64,000 nucleotides of DNA from the human T2T-CHM13v2.0 reference genome, Homo sapiens: assembly GCF_009914755.1 (NCBI RefSeq), contig NC_060933.1; one strand, given 5' to 3'. Position numbers and translations under genes: made by a program. Shown piece by piece: positions 46,564 through 61,460 of the stretch (position 1 is the first letter of the stretch; every line of letters starts with the position of its first letter). The notes beneath the pieces are model-generated. The model saw only the letters and a program-made list of their open reading frames with translations. It made no database searches and was not told where the DNA came from.

Positions 46564-46963
46564 GGCAGGGGGAAAGTGCAAGAAAAGCCTTAGAGAAGGG
46601 GCCAAGATCCAACCGTGTAGCCCGCCAGGAGTATGGGTTGGCCAGAGGCATATGACATATTGAAGCAGGAAAGGAAGAAAAAAGATTAAGGAGACAAATT
46701 GTTCGTGATAAGGGATTTCCTGATAAACTCAGAAACAACAACTACCAGTTAGGGAGCACTTAAACTGACACTATCTCATTAATCCTCACAACGGTCCTGT
46801 ACAGGTGGTGGTTTTATTTGTTTTTTACCATCTTACATGCCAGAGCTGCAGTTGGTATGCAACAAAGGCAGCATTTGAACCCTGGCCTGCTCATACCAGA
46901 GCGGGGACATCCAACTACGCCCACAAAGGACAATGGAGGAAGACTGTGTCATTTGTAATATAA

Positions 46964-47374
<411 letters not shown>

Positions 47375-47547
47375 TGAAAACAAAGAGAGTAAATGGGAAG
47401 TGTCCAAAAAAGAAATTTTTAAATTTATGTAGTTTCTTGTTGATTTGTAAAGGGTGCCATTTGTTTGAAATCATTCTTACACTCTTGGATTAAAACACCA
47501 GTTCTTTCACACACTTGTATTTTGAAGGGAGTATAAAATGTGATTCC

Positions 47548-47843
<296 letters not shown>

Positions 47844-48775
47844 TCATTCCATATGACACGAGTGTTAGAAAACAGACAAATGACAGTTTGCTGACTCCAG
47901 CAGGGAGTTACCTGTCGGGAGGTAGTTCCCACCACAGCCCAGGATGCCAATGTTTTATCTAGTTACATGTTAAGATCTCCATATCCAGGGCATCCCTCCT
48001 CAAACAATACTAGTCCTACACTGCTAAATGTTTACTGTATGGATGGATGAATGAAGGCAACATTCTTAGATGTGGGAATCCCATAGTGCTTGGTTCTCTA
48101 GATGAATCTCCGGGGGCCTCTTTTGAACTTGGTTCTTAAACCTCCTCAGTTGCCCGCATACTACGTCCTAGGGTGAGGCATTTCTCCAGAGCTCACTTAT
48201 TACCTTGAAAGTGCCATACTCCCACATGTAGGCCTTGACATGCTAGGTCTTTTGCCTAAAACGCTCCCTCCTCCTCTCCCCGCGTTCCCCACCTTTCATC
48301 TACCTCTATCCACCCTTTTGCTCAAGCCAAAAACCTAGGAATTTTCCCATTACCACTTTGCTCCACTGCTATAACCAGAGGTGACAGTGACTTGTACCAA
48401 GGATACATACCCACCAGCAAGTGCTGGTTATCAGAAAAAAATTAAGAGTAAATTTGGTCACCGTGTAATGGAAATGCAAATCTAGTGATGGCAGCAGGGT
48501 TATCTTGACAGGAGATAGGAAGTTGAGAGCTTTGACCTGTGATCTGCCATTGTCAAAACTGTCCAACCCTGTTTCAGAGCAGGGTTTTGACTAGCTCCCT
48601 AAAAAAAACAATCTCCGGATATTCTCTCCTAGTATCCCAGAGAGTTCTGGGAGCATTTGAGATCAGTTGCAAACTAATGACAGAGTCATCGGTGATGTAC
48701 TAGGGAATGAAAAGCTATCAAACTTCACTGGGTTTTGAGATCTGTGTAACACCAACATCAATTTGGGGTATGTTT

Positions 48776-49110
48776 TTGTTTTCTTTCTTTCTTTGTGTGT
48801 GTGTGTGTGTATGTGTGTGTGTGTTTTTTAAACAGGGCCTCACTCTGTCACCCACGCTGGAGTGCAGTGGCACAATCTCGGCTCACTGCAACCTCTGCCT
48901 CCTGGGCGCAAGTGATTCTTGTGCCTCAGCCTCCTAGGTAGCTGGAATTATAGGTGCACACCACCACGCCCAGATAATTTTTGTATTTTTAGTAGAGACA
49001 GGGTTTCGCCATGTTGGCCAGGCTGCTCTCAAACTCCTGACTTCAAGTGATCTGCCCGCCTCAGCCTCCCAAAGTGTTGGGATTACAGGCATGAGCCACT
49101 GCACCCGGCC
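48776..49110 (-). mobile_element. AluS with (TG)n in its tail
   Basis: TSD tggggtatgttt at 48764-48775 and 49111-49122. Confidence 0.92.
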
Positions 49111-49214
49111 TGGGGTATGTTTATTAAAATATTCCTCTGTAAAATGGAGCTAGCTGCTTTGTAGAATTGTGAGAATAACGTTTAGATATGTACAAACATA
49201 CATGTGTGTGTAAC

Positions 49215-49563
49215 CTCAATTTATGTTCATGACAGTGGGGTTTTTTTTTCATGTCTACATTCTTTCTAATAAACTGTTGGAAGACTTCTTGGCTGTCCTT
49301 TTAAGTCTCTGGCTTACTGTAACTTTTATGTATTTACCATTTACTGGAATGGAGTTTTTCATTTTATTTGAGGAAGAATTTGGGATTATTCCTCTGTTTG
49401 AAAAAAGAGACTTGCTGTAATGTCACAGGAAACCTTTTTAAAGTGGATCTGTAATAGAATATTGTAGATGTACTTTGTAGAAGTTGGAAAAGAAAGTGTG
49501 GTTTGATTGAAATAAAACTAAATGTGTTGTCCTCCTCTAAAAAAAAGAAAAAAGAAAAAAGAA
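49215..49563 (+). pseudogene. Candidate 5'-truncated processed retrocopy (3'UTR fragment of an unidentified mRNA)
   Basis: Unique-looking U-rich UTR-like sequence; AATAAA at 49268 and 49511; A-rich tail from 49539, 22 nt after the second signal. No clear TSD. Confidence 0.45.
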
Positions 49564-50009
49564 GCAGCTGTACTGCAGCTGTAGCCATGACAATGTGCTT
49601 TCCTTCTAAGAGCCCAGGGAATAAGCAGCCCTATGACAAACATATATTTCCTCCGAAAGAAAATAATGCCTAAAGATGGAAGGAACAGAGTTTACCTCTT
49701 TATTTTGCAGACAGCATCTGAAGCTATTGATAAAGCCATTTTCATCAATTTCATGGTGTAATTTACTAAAGAAAAAGATCTGAAATTCAGAAGCTATTTC
49801 AGCAGTGGGAAAATAGATGTACCTAAAAAAACCAAAACCACCTATTTCCATGACTCTAATTTCCCAAATGTAAAATAAGAAGAGTCTGTCATTTATCCAG
49901 CTCAAAAACAGAAAGAACAGAAAAAAATACTGTTCTAAACTTGCCTTATTTAACTGATGATTTCTCCTTGTTAAAAACCAGATTTCTTCTATCTTGTCTG
50001 TTAAGGAGC

Positions 50010-50432
50010 TATTTTGGTCTGTTTGTGTTTGTATAACAGAATACCTGAGACTGGGTAATTTATAAAGAAAAGAGATTAATGTAGTTTATGGTTCTGCAGG
50101 CTGGGAAGTTCAAGCACAGAGCCCTAGCATCTGGTGCTGCATCATAACATGGTGAAGAAGGTCAAAGGAAGAGCAAAAATGTGTGAAGAGGCCAAACCCA
50201 AAGGCTACCTCTTGACTTATAACAACCCACTTTGTTGGGAAAATTCCCATGAGAACTGATCCAGTCTTTAGAGAGTGAGAGCTCACTCACTACTGCAAGA
50301 ATAGCACCAAGCCATTCATGAGGGATTTGCCCCCATAACCCAAACCACCCCAAGGCTGCACCTCCCAACACTATCACACTGGGGTTCAAATTTCAACATA
50401 AGTTTTGGGGAAGACAAATTCAAACTATAGCA
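50010..50432 (-). mobile_element. MST (MSTB1-like) MaLR solo LTR
   Basis: ataacagaatacctgagactgggtaatttataaag...caaactatagca; 5-bp TSD g(g/a)agc. Confidence 0.82.
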
Positions 50433-51184
50433 GAAGCGTTCAAGGATCTGCTCATACATTTCCCATACACTGTCTTTATGTGTAACTGCTACCCTCTCTC
50501 TTACCCTCATGTAACAGGTAGAAAACTGCATGAACTGAATAATTTTGAAATCTTACCTCCTTCCCAGGAAAAGAGCTCCTGATAAATCTGCTTGGAGCAG
50601 ACTACCATTGATTCTAGGTAGGGTGGGAAATAAAGTCCCTGGCTAGACAATCGCTTCCTACCTACCACAAATTCATGCTAAGGAAGGCTGAGCACATAAC
50701 AGCCATCTGACTGTTCAACCTCAAAAGAAATACTAAACAAAACAATTAGCAAAGACTGTGTTTCATGACAATGCTATTTTGAAAAGAGCACTCTCAAGTA
50801 CTGCTTCTAACTGATAAAAAAATTTTCATTCCAATTTCTTTTCTAACATCTTTATTTTACAGTTTGAGAAACTATGTTTCAGAACAATTGAGTGACTTCT
50901 CAAGATTTCTGAGCAGACAAATGGCAAGGATGGGACTAGAACCCGGGTTTGCCAATCTTTCGTCCAATCCATTTTTTAAAACCTGATCTTTAAGTTATAA
51001 GTCTGAAGGGGCTGAAGACAAGTAGAATGGAGATAAATCAGAGAAGCCTCTATTTTTTTATCCTACCATGCGTAGGTTATTTCCAAGTAGCAGTGCCCTT
51101 AACTCGTGCCAATGGGAAAATAACATACGCTCTTTTTGTTTCTATTTATTTATTTATTTTAAAACGTTTTTATTTTACTCTCCT

Positions 51185-51428
51185 TTTCCCCCAGCCTTAT
51201 TGAGATATAATTGACCAATAAAAATTGTATACATTTAAGATGTACAACTTGATGTTTTAATATACATGTATTTTTGTGAAATAATCACCATAATCAAGCT
51301 AATTAACGTAGCATCATCTCACACAGTACCTTTGTGTGTGCATGTGGTTAGAACATGTTAGATCTGCCCTCCTAGCAAATTTTAAGTATGTGATACAGTA
51401 TTCTTAACTGTAGTCACAATGTGATACG
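51185..51428 (-). mobile_element. L1MA8/9-like 3' end
   Basis: tattgagatataattgac...tgtacaacttgatg...aatcaagctaattaac. Confidence 0.7.
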
Positions 51429-51942
51429 TTATTTTGTTTCAATTTCAAACTGCCTTGTTTACAAAGCAATTTGGGAATATGGATTATGACACTAAGTTTA
51501 TTCCTATCTGTGGGGCCAGCAGTTCCTCTAAGAATCTGAACTAAGGTAATATTCAAAAATATTTTTTAAAACTTTATGTACAAAGATGTTGACCATAGAG
51601 TTATTCACAGCAATAAAAAATTATGACACATAGTAAAAACTTATGACTAAGGGAATAGTTAATTGCTTTATCAAACATTTGTCCAATGGCATATTTATGT
51701 AGCCATTAAAGTATTGATGGAACATTTTGACAATGTTTATTTGTTATAAAGCTTACTTATTAAGGCCAGTTACAAAATTTTATGTGTAGTACTATTTCAT
51801 TTTACAAACTATAATATGATACATGTAGAAAAACACTGCATATACCAAATATTGTCTGAGGTTGCATCTGGGTGGCATAATATGATAATTAATTTTCTTT
51901 TTATTTTTAGATATTATTCAAATTTTCTAAAATTATTACTAT

Positions 51943-52057
51943 TTTTTATAGAGACAGGGTCTTGCTATGTTGCTCAGGCTGATCTCAGCTTAAGTGATCC
52001 TCCCACCTCAGCCTCCCAAAGTGCTGGGATTACAGGAATGAGCCACTGCACCCAGCC
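51943..52057 (-). mobile_element. Alu left monomer (FLAM-like)
   Basis: gagacagggtcttgctatgttgctcaggct...gagccactgcacccagcc. Confidence 0.8.
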
Positions 52058-53652
52058 CTAAAAGTAATATATAACTTTATATTCAGAAATTAAACACATA
52101 ACTTGGAGGGTGAGGAGAATGACCTTGTATAAGACAATTACTCAATAGTAATATCCTGTTGGATCCTTCTAGTAACTGCCCCCTACATTCCCAGCTCTTG
52201 TTTCCTTGGCTGTTCTCCATGATCTTGATCTCAGTTGCTGCTTTTGACATTCCCTTGTAACATCACCTAGCAAACTCCTCATATTAACTGAGCTTGCTCT
52301 CTACCATATCACCCTTTGTTGTGTCATTTCTTATTTCCTGGTAGTAACACTACTAGTTCAGAATTTTTGTCTGATCAATTCTGTGATAGTCACAGAGTAA
52401 AATGATTAGATCAGTTCTTTTAAAGAGACTACTCTGGAGCAATGTGTCTGGAAGACTGGAGTGTGATAAAGACTTACATAATTCTTACACCTCTTCTATG
52501 TGACTAGCAGAAATACTGACTGTACTTTTATAGGACTCCTCAGTACACTATAAGCTCCTAGAACATAGCAACTGTGTCATCTTGGTCTTTCCAGTGCCTA
52601 ACATAGTTCTGACACATAATTGGGGCTTAATAAATGTTTTGAATGAACAAATGACTGAAAAGATGAAAGGATAGGTGAGTAACTATTTAATGATGGTGAC
52701 TGCTATTCATTAAAGAGGCTGGTAAGTCAATTAATATTTATTGAGCACCCATTATGTGCCAGTTTGTGCTCAGAGCCAGATTCTAAGAAATTGTGGTAGG
52801 AAAAGAAATGAACTGGTGAATCAGCTGGACTTTTCATCCACTGTAAATATGAAGACTGGGGAAACTCTGGGGCCTTTCAAAGACGTGTTTGGATCATCTA
52901 GCTAGTGCTAACTAAAGGTTACATGGTCCCAGGGTAACTGATCTGGATTAAGCATAATTGGGCAGACCAGTTTCATCACCATTTAGCTGTATAATTTGCC
53001 AGAGTCAAAGTGGTCGAAGGTAAGGACAAGAGTGTGGTGTCAAAGATTAATGCTACAGCTCATTTGCAGCCCATCAGTAACAATGATAGGGGATCAGCTC
53101 TGCCTGAAGCTTCTGCTGACTTTTGGTACAGCAATTTAGACAAAAAATTTATTCTTCCCAAATCTGTTTCCTGTGTAATACAATCACCCATATGTCCCTA
53201 ATTAGGTGGCCCACTATCAATAGCCCCTAAAAGAAGTCCTACTTTATAGCATATTTGGGAATCAGAATTATAATGCTGTGGGGGCTCTGGGCCTTCTCAA
53301 AGCTGATTTATCCTACGGGGTGGCCAACAGCCTGAGTCACAGGGACTCATCTCATTCCTGACTGCCAGAGTGAATGACTTTCATCATTTAGAACCTTAGA
53401 AATTCAATTGGCTAAGCCTATGATTCCTTACACATGTGCCACTCTATGTGGTTATCCTGCCCTGATACACTTTAATGCTGAGTGTCTGGCTACACTCCAA
53501 GTCCTGGGATCCTAAGTGGCATCCTGTCTTGTCTTTAATTTTCAGCAGCTCTCATAACAAATGCAGAAAGAAATGCTTAAGAAGCTAGCTATGACATCTA
53601 TGGCCTTGAAAGTACACAAAGACTGAAAAGAAAAAAAACTTTTAAAAATATT

Positions 53653-53938
53653 CTTTTTTTTTTGAGACAGAGTCTTGCTCTGTTGCCCAGGCTGGAGTGC
53701 AGTGGCACAACCTCAATGCAGCCTCTGCTTCTCAGGTTCAAGTGATTCTCCTGCCTCAGCCACCCAAGTAACTGGGATTATAGGTGTAAGCCACCATGCC
53801 CGGCTTGGTGTATTGTATTTTTTAGAGACAGGTTTTCACCATGTTGGCCAGACTGGTCTTGAACTCCTGACCTCAGTTGATCTGCTCGCCTTGGCCTCCC
53901 AAAATGCTGAAATTACAGGCATGAGCTACTGCGCCCAG
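53653..53938 (-). mobile_element. AluS
   Basis: Minus-strand Alu dimer; TSD aaaaa(t/c)attc. Confidence 0.9.
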
Positions 53939-54671
53939 TGGAAAAACATTCTCTTTGATCCAGAGCTTAAATTTAGATAAATGCTAGAATCAGACGCTCT
54001 TAAAGAATACATAGGAATTCTTGCTTCCATTTTCTGTCTTTTATTAATCCATGTTTCACCAAGGACTACTGCCTGCATAGCAAACCCAGTAACTTTTAGA
54101 TCTAAAACATATATATTTCATAGCTACTATTGTTGTGTGTTTTCTAAACCTGTGTTGTGGATTAGGATCCTTTTCTTCTGTAGCATTTTATTTACAGAAC
54201 CTCAAACCATGCCATCCTTACATTTCACTTATTTTACTTGTCACTCTAAAGTTCTGGTGGCCCACATCTGAATTCTCATTTATTAATATTCTACAGAATC
54301 ACATTCTATGTATCTTGTTTGACATGGATTTCTATAAAAACACATATTTTAAAGTATCATATTATAATTATTAAGAGAAAATCAAAGGTGCTGGCAATCA
54401 CCTATCAATTCTGCTTCCATACAGATCATTTTTCCACATAAGCTCACTAGCATCATCCCCAATGAAGACATAGATTTAAAAGTATATTGATGACAATTGT
54501 GTCACCACAGATTTGACAAAAAAGGAAAAATAACACAAACAAATATAATTTTCTCCCCAAGCAAAGCCAGCAACCTGATACAAAGCTTTGGACATATTAT
54601 GGCTTAATTCCAGGGAGACTGGCAATTTTTAAAATTATTTTATTTTATTTTATTTTTTCTAATAAAACTGA

Positions 54672-55107
<436 letters not shown>

Positions 55108-55402
55108 TAAAAATTCTGCAATTTCAAACCATTCCCAGTGAATTTTATTTGAAAATTTCCCAGCAACCATAAAGACATGAGAAAAGCTCCAATTAGCCAT
55201 AGTGGATAAGAAGGTAAGTTATCTTCCCAAAGTAGTGACAAAGAGATCCCCAATCAACTTAAAGAGGGCAGCAGAAAATAACTAAACATTGCATATCCTT
55301 ATTTCCTCTTTTACTGGCCATTTTGAAAATGAGGGACCCACAGTTTTGTCCACTCTCTTGATTAAAGGGAGGTTCAGAGGATACCGTAAAACCTACGTAT
55401 CC

Positions 55403-55540
55403 CGGTGGGACGTGGTGGCTCACGCCTGTAATCTCAGCATTTGGAAGGCTGAGATGGGAGGATGGTTTGAGCCCAGAAGTTTGAGGCCAGTCTGGGCAAC
55501 ATGGTGAGACACTGCCTCTATTGAAAAAAAAAAAAAAAAA
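55403..55540 (+). mobile_element. FLAM_C-like Alu monomer with A tail
   Basis: Left monomer only, followed by poly(A). Confidence 0.8.
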
Positions 55541-55869
55541 GATGCATCCTTTAGATACAAATTTCCTAAGTTAATTAAACTAGGATTAAAAATGCAAGTG
55601 GCTCTGTGAACTACAGATCTTATTCAATCTGGCTGATTGCTAGAGAGATAGTATTGCATAGTGTTGAAAGTACTCTGAAATGATAGACTATTCAGGTTTG
55701 AATCTTACCTCCAGTGCTTGCTGTGTGACTTTGGACAATTCACTTAACCTCTTTGAATGTTAGCTGCGTTATCTGTAAAATGGAGTAGAAATAGAAATTA
55801 CCTCACAGGACTGTTATGATGCTTAAATGAGTTAGTCTTAAGCAAAGCACTTAGTACTATTGTGGTTTA

Positions 55870-56755
55870 TTCAAAAATGCTCAACATCCTTAGGTATCAC
55901 AGAAATGCAAATTAAAACCACAATGAGACAGTACCTGACACCTGTTACAATAGCAATAGACATTATCAAAGATAACAAGGGTTGGTGAGAATGTAAGAAA
56001 AAGGGAACCCTTGTACACTGTTGGTGGGAGTGTAAATTAACACAGCCATTATGAAAAACAGTATGGAGGCTCCTCAAAAAACTAAAAATAGAACTACTAT
56101 ATGATCCAGCAATTGCACTCCTGAGTATGTATACAAAGGAATTGCAATCAACATGTTAAAGAGATATCTGGGCATCTATGTTCATTGCAGCATTATTCAT
56201 AATAGCCAACCTAAGTGTCCGTCAACAGATGAATGGATAATGTGGTACACATACAATGGAATACTATTCCGTCTTAAAAAAGGAAATTCTGTCATCATTG
56301 ACAGTGTAGATGAAACTAGAGAATATTATGCTAAGTGAAATAAGCCAGTCACAGAGAGACAAATACTGCATAATCTCACTTATATGTGGAATCTAAAAAA
56401 GTTGAACTTATAGAAGTAAAGAGTAGGATGGTGGTTACCAGAGGCTGGGGGTTGGAAGTGGGTACTGCAGAGATATTGATCAAAGGGTACAAAGTTTTAG
56501 TTAGACAGAAGGAATAAGTTTTTCAGATCTATTGCACCACATAGTGTCCATAGTTAATAAAATGTATTACATATTTCAACATTGTTAGAAGAGATTTGAA
56601 ATGTTCTCACTCCAAAAAATAATAGGTATTTGATGTGATGAATATGTAAATTAGTTTGATATAATCATTCCACAGTGTATACATATATCAAAACATCACA
56701 TTGTATTCTATAAGTATACACAATTATCTGCAAATTAAAAATAAATATTAAAAAA
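55870..56755 (+). mobile_element. L1MA 3' fragment inserted in a MIR (about 55650-55860)
   Basis: ORF2-end and L1MA 3'UTR motifs; TSD-like tagtact(a/g)ttg on both sides. Confidence 0.82.
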
Positions 56756-57271
56756 GAATAGTACTGTTGCATAGTAAGTACTAGATATAAAACATTTATT
56801 AATAATACCTTTGTTTCAAAATGACAGACACTGATAACCTGAAGAAGTATACCAAATTTGGTCAACTCTACCCATTCCTTCAAAATCACTGTGGAGCAAA
56901 CATACGAGCAGGCTAAAAGACATTAAATGTCAAATGTTTGAATTAAAAATTTCATTCACATTCTACAAAAGATGGTTACAAAATTATTATTCAGAGCAAA
57001 GTTTTAGTTCTGAACTTGAAATTGTGTATAATAAATGCAGTTTTACAGGTTACAACTGCAAACCTAGTGCTACTCAACTGAAAAATAGCAATAATAAATA
57101 CTCCAGTTAACATACCTTGAAAACATCCACTTTCCTCCACTCCTTAAGAAGCCTCACTAAAACAAAGATAAAGAATGTTAAAAAGGGGGAAAGAGGGACC
57201 ATATACTCATAAGAACAAAGAAAACAGGAGAAGAGACAACAGAAAAATGCCACAAAAGTTTAGAAATCAGT

Positions 57272-58022
57272 TGACGAGGGTTGAGTTGCATCCTCCCAAA
57301 GGATACATTGACTGTGACCTTATTTGGAAATAGGGTCTGTGCGGATGTGATCAAAATAAGATAAAGTGACGGCCGGGTGTGGTGGCTCACGCCTGTAATC
57401 CCAGCACTATGGGAGGCCAAAGTGGGTGGATCGCTTGAGGTCAGGAGTTCAAGACCAGACTGACCAACATGGTGAAACCCTGTCTCTACTAAAAACACAA
57501 AAATTAGCTGAGCATGGTGGTGTGCGCCTGCAGTCCCAGCTACTCAGGAGGCTGAGGCAGGAGAATTGCTTGAACCTGGGAGGCAGAGGTTGCAGTCAGC
57601 TGAGATGGCACCACTGCACTCCAGCCTGAGCGACAGAGCGAGACTCCGTCTCAAAAAAATAAAAATAAAAAAAATAATAAAACCATAAAAGTGACACTTG
57701 ATTAGCAAGGGCCCTAATCTAATGACTGCCGTCCTTACAAAAAGAGAGAAAGTTAGACACAGGCAGATGCACAGGGAGAACACGTAATGACAGAGGCAGA
57801 GAGTGGAGTGATTCATCTGCAAGCCAAGGAATGCCAAGAATTGCCAGCAGTCACCAGAAGCTAAGGCAAAGGCATGGCACAGATTGTCCCTCAGAGACCC
57901 CAGAAGGAACCAACCTCCTGATTTCTGATTTCTAGCCTCCATAACTGTAAGGGAATAAATTTCCATAGTTTTAAGCCACCCAGTTTGTGGTAATTGTATG
58001 GCAGCTTTAGGGAGCTAATGTA
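57272..58022 (+). mobile_element. MLT1 (MLT1B/C-like) MaLR LTR split by an Alu
   Basis: gtgaccttatttggaaatagggtc...aagccaaggaatgccaag...ttaagccacccagtttgtggtaatt. Confidence 0.82.
57371..57685 (+). mobile_element. AluS
   Basis: Full dimer; TSD aaagtgac. Confidence 0.92.
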
Positions 58023-58367
58023 CTGGTGAACATACGGACTTACCAGAGAAAACTGAAACCCAAGTGTTTTCGGAGGTGATGCCCGGAAGCAAGCTTACTG
58101 ACACGCAGAACCTCACAAAGGCTCAGGAATTGGAAGTGCCATAGCTCTTCAGTGGGATGAGCTGAAAAGAGACCATTAAAAGTCCCAGAAGCAGTTAAGA
58201 CTCCTAGATTTCCTCCCCTGGCAAAGTCAGGGAAACTTTCTCTAACCCTCATTCCCAACCTGAAACCTGCAAGATTATTTCTTTTGGGAGATATGGAACC
58301 AGTATATGGATTCAGGGACACCAGACACAGCTGAAGGTAAAAATGCTATTATGAAACAGTGCTGTAA

Positions 58368-59148
<781 letters not shown>

Positions 59149-59277
59149 GGGCATCAGTGCATATAATGAAATTACTAAGTCTCCCAAACTCTTTCCCGCA
59201 TTGGGCTCCAAGAAGGCTATATATTCTCAAAGCAAGTAATTAGAAGATTACTCTCTAGAAGAAAATAAACAGCTGGT

Positions 59278-59402
59278 CCTTGCCCCACCATCTTACACCT
59301 TGCCCCACCATCTTACACCTTGCCCCACCATCTTACACCTTGCCCCACCATCTTACACCTTGCCCCACCATCTTACACCTTGCCCCACCATCTTACACCT
59401 TG
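59278..59402. repeat. Minisatellite, 20-bp unit tgccccaccatcttacacct x6 (perfect)
   Basis: Six identical copies at 59281-59400. Confidence 0.97.
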
Positions 59403-59499
59403 TCCAGCAGTGAACAAGCCTTGCCTATGTCCCCAAAGCACCTTTTTAGAGCATCACTTTTACATATAAATTGACAGCAGGGATCACTACACAAGATGA

Positions 59500-60420
59500 A
59501 GAACGCCTCTAGCAGAAACGACAGGGACCAAATATAAACAAACAAACAACCAAAAAAAACTCAAAGAATCAAAATCAATGCAGAGTTATGTAGAAAGTAT
59601 TTTAAAACTCCTATAATTTACATCTTCAGAGAGTAAAGGAGGTATATTCATGAAACAATAATGTAATGCTATAAAAGAACAGAGAATAAAAAGGGCACTT
59701 AGAAATGAAGGTATAATAAAAGAAATAAAGTAATCTGATAATCATTTGTCCAATTAAGTTGAAAAAGTCACAGAGAAAGTAGAATAAAAAGATGAAGGGA
59801 TAGAAAATAGGACAGACAGGTAAGAAAAAACATCAGCCAAGAAGGTCCACGATCTAAATAACAAATTTCAAAAAATAAGAGATAAAATAAGAGAGGGCGG
59901 AAAGAAACGATCAAATAAATAATACCAGGAGAATCCCCATAACGGAAGAACATGTGTTTCAGGATTCAAAAACTGATCAATAGGAATGAGAAAAGACCCA
60001 TAAGAAAGACACTCGATTGTGTCTTAGAACGCTGGGTATAAAGAGAAGATCCTAAAGCTTCTTGAGACAAAACAAAACCGAAACCAAAGCGGGTTACATA
60101 ACAAGAAATTTAGTGACCTGAGAAGGAGAAGGAAATGCAATGACGTAGAGTTTCTCAACAATTTTGGAAGCTAAAATATTGTGGAGCAAGCCCTCCAATA
60201 TTCCGAGTGAAAGTTATTTTCAACCTAGAACTCAGCCAGAATAAAAACAGTTCCAGACCTGCACGCTCTGTGGGAAAAAAGACCTGGAAGCAACCTCCCT
60301 CAAGGAACTATTGGCGGATATGTTCCACAACATGAGGCTATATAATCAAGAAAAAGACACAGACTCAGGAAATAGGGAACTCACCTCAGGAATGAGGAAT
60401 AAGACCTTCCCAGGATGGAT
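59500..60420 (+). mobile_element. Ancient HAL1 / L1 ORF1-like relic
   Basis: A-rich degenerate ORF1-type motifs (agaagatcctaaagctt, gttattttcaacctagaa). Confidence 0.45.
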
Positions 60421-60450
60421 GTGAAGGAGACCCAGGACAACAGTTGAGAG

Positions 60451-60613
60451 CTGTGCCTTCCAAATTTTGATGTGCATAGGAATTACCAGGGGATCTTGTT
60501 GCAATGCAGACACTGATTCAGTAAGTCTGGGTAGGGCTTGAGATTTCGCGTTTTTAACAAATTCCCTCAGGATGCTGAGGCTGCTGGTTCAGGGACTACA
60601 CTTTGCATAACTG
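60451..60613. mobile_element. MER5A/B hAT MITE
   Basis: gaattaccaggggatcttgtt...ctgattcagtaagtctggg...ttttaacaa...ctgctggttcagggactacacttt. Confidence 0.75.
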
Positions 60614-60989
60614 GGGTGTAGAGAAAAAATAGTCCGAACTGTACCAAGAAGACGATGGTACAGAGACAGAGACAGACAGACACTTATTTCCTTCTGGGAG
60701 ATCATCGGGAATGAATTAGTGTAAGTCAATAACTGTATAGTAGGGGAGGGAGAGGGATGGAGGAGAGGGAGAAAAGGATTAATGTTTTAAGTAAACACAA
60801 ATGAAGAAAAAACAAGGAAGGGGCTGTACTGAGGGCAGCCGCATACATCCAACCTTGCCTCTAGTAGACACCTGAAGAGGAAGGTTGGACCACCCTAACG
60901 GATTCAGATTCAGTAGTCTGGGGGGGTCTCTGGAGTGACCCTGGAAGATGCTCCAAAAAGCCTAGAAGCGGACCACAAGGACAGAAGAC

Positions 60990-61460
60990 GCCCCTTCCCC
61001 ATACCCAGCAAGGGAGTAAGCCGGGCCTCAAAGCGCCGGGCGCCAGGTCTCAGGGGGCGGGGCATGGGCGGAGCCTTTTCCCTAAATTGGCGCGCCCGAG
61101 CGGCGCTGGGATTCGCATTGGAGGCTTTTGAACCCGGAAGCAGTTGGCTGCTCTCGGAAGCGGCCGCGGATCCGGGAATTCGGCTGGCGCTGCAGCTGCA
61201 GAATGGTGGGCGGTGGCTGGAAGCGCAGGCCCGGCGCGGGGGCGGGGCCGCAGATACTGCCAGAAAGGCTGTGGGGTCTACGCAGGTGGCTTTGGATGAC
61301 AGCCAGGGTACCAGGAGGCAGCGCGTTTCATTCATGCAGTGACTATTAAGCTTGCTGTGTGTCCGGGGGCTGCGGTTTGCTGCGGGGACCCTGCCCAGGT
61401 CGCTGTTTCGCGCTCTGTAGGGGATTGGACCAGGAAAGTAGCGCCTCTGCATTTTCTGCC
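60990..61460 (+). promoter_or_regulatory. CpG-island promoter of the HPF1-like copy
   Basis: CpG-dense; GC box ggggcgggg at about 61053-61062; ATTGG at about 61086 and 61117; ETS motif ccggaag at 61134-61140, upstream of ATG 61203. Confidence 0.8.
61203..61253 (+). pseudogene. HPF1-like exon 1 coding remnant (17 codons) followed by AT instead of a GT donor
   Basis: atggtgggcggtggctggaagcgcaggcccggcgcgggggcggggccgcag|atactg. Confidence 0.8.

Noticed and set aside
59280-59474. 64-aa repetitive ORF
   Set aside because: Translation of the 20-bp VNTR.
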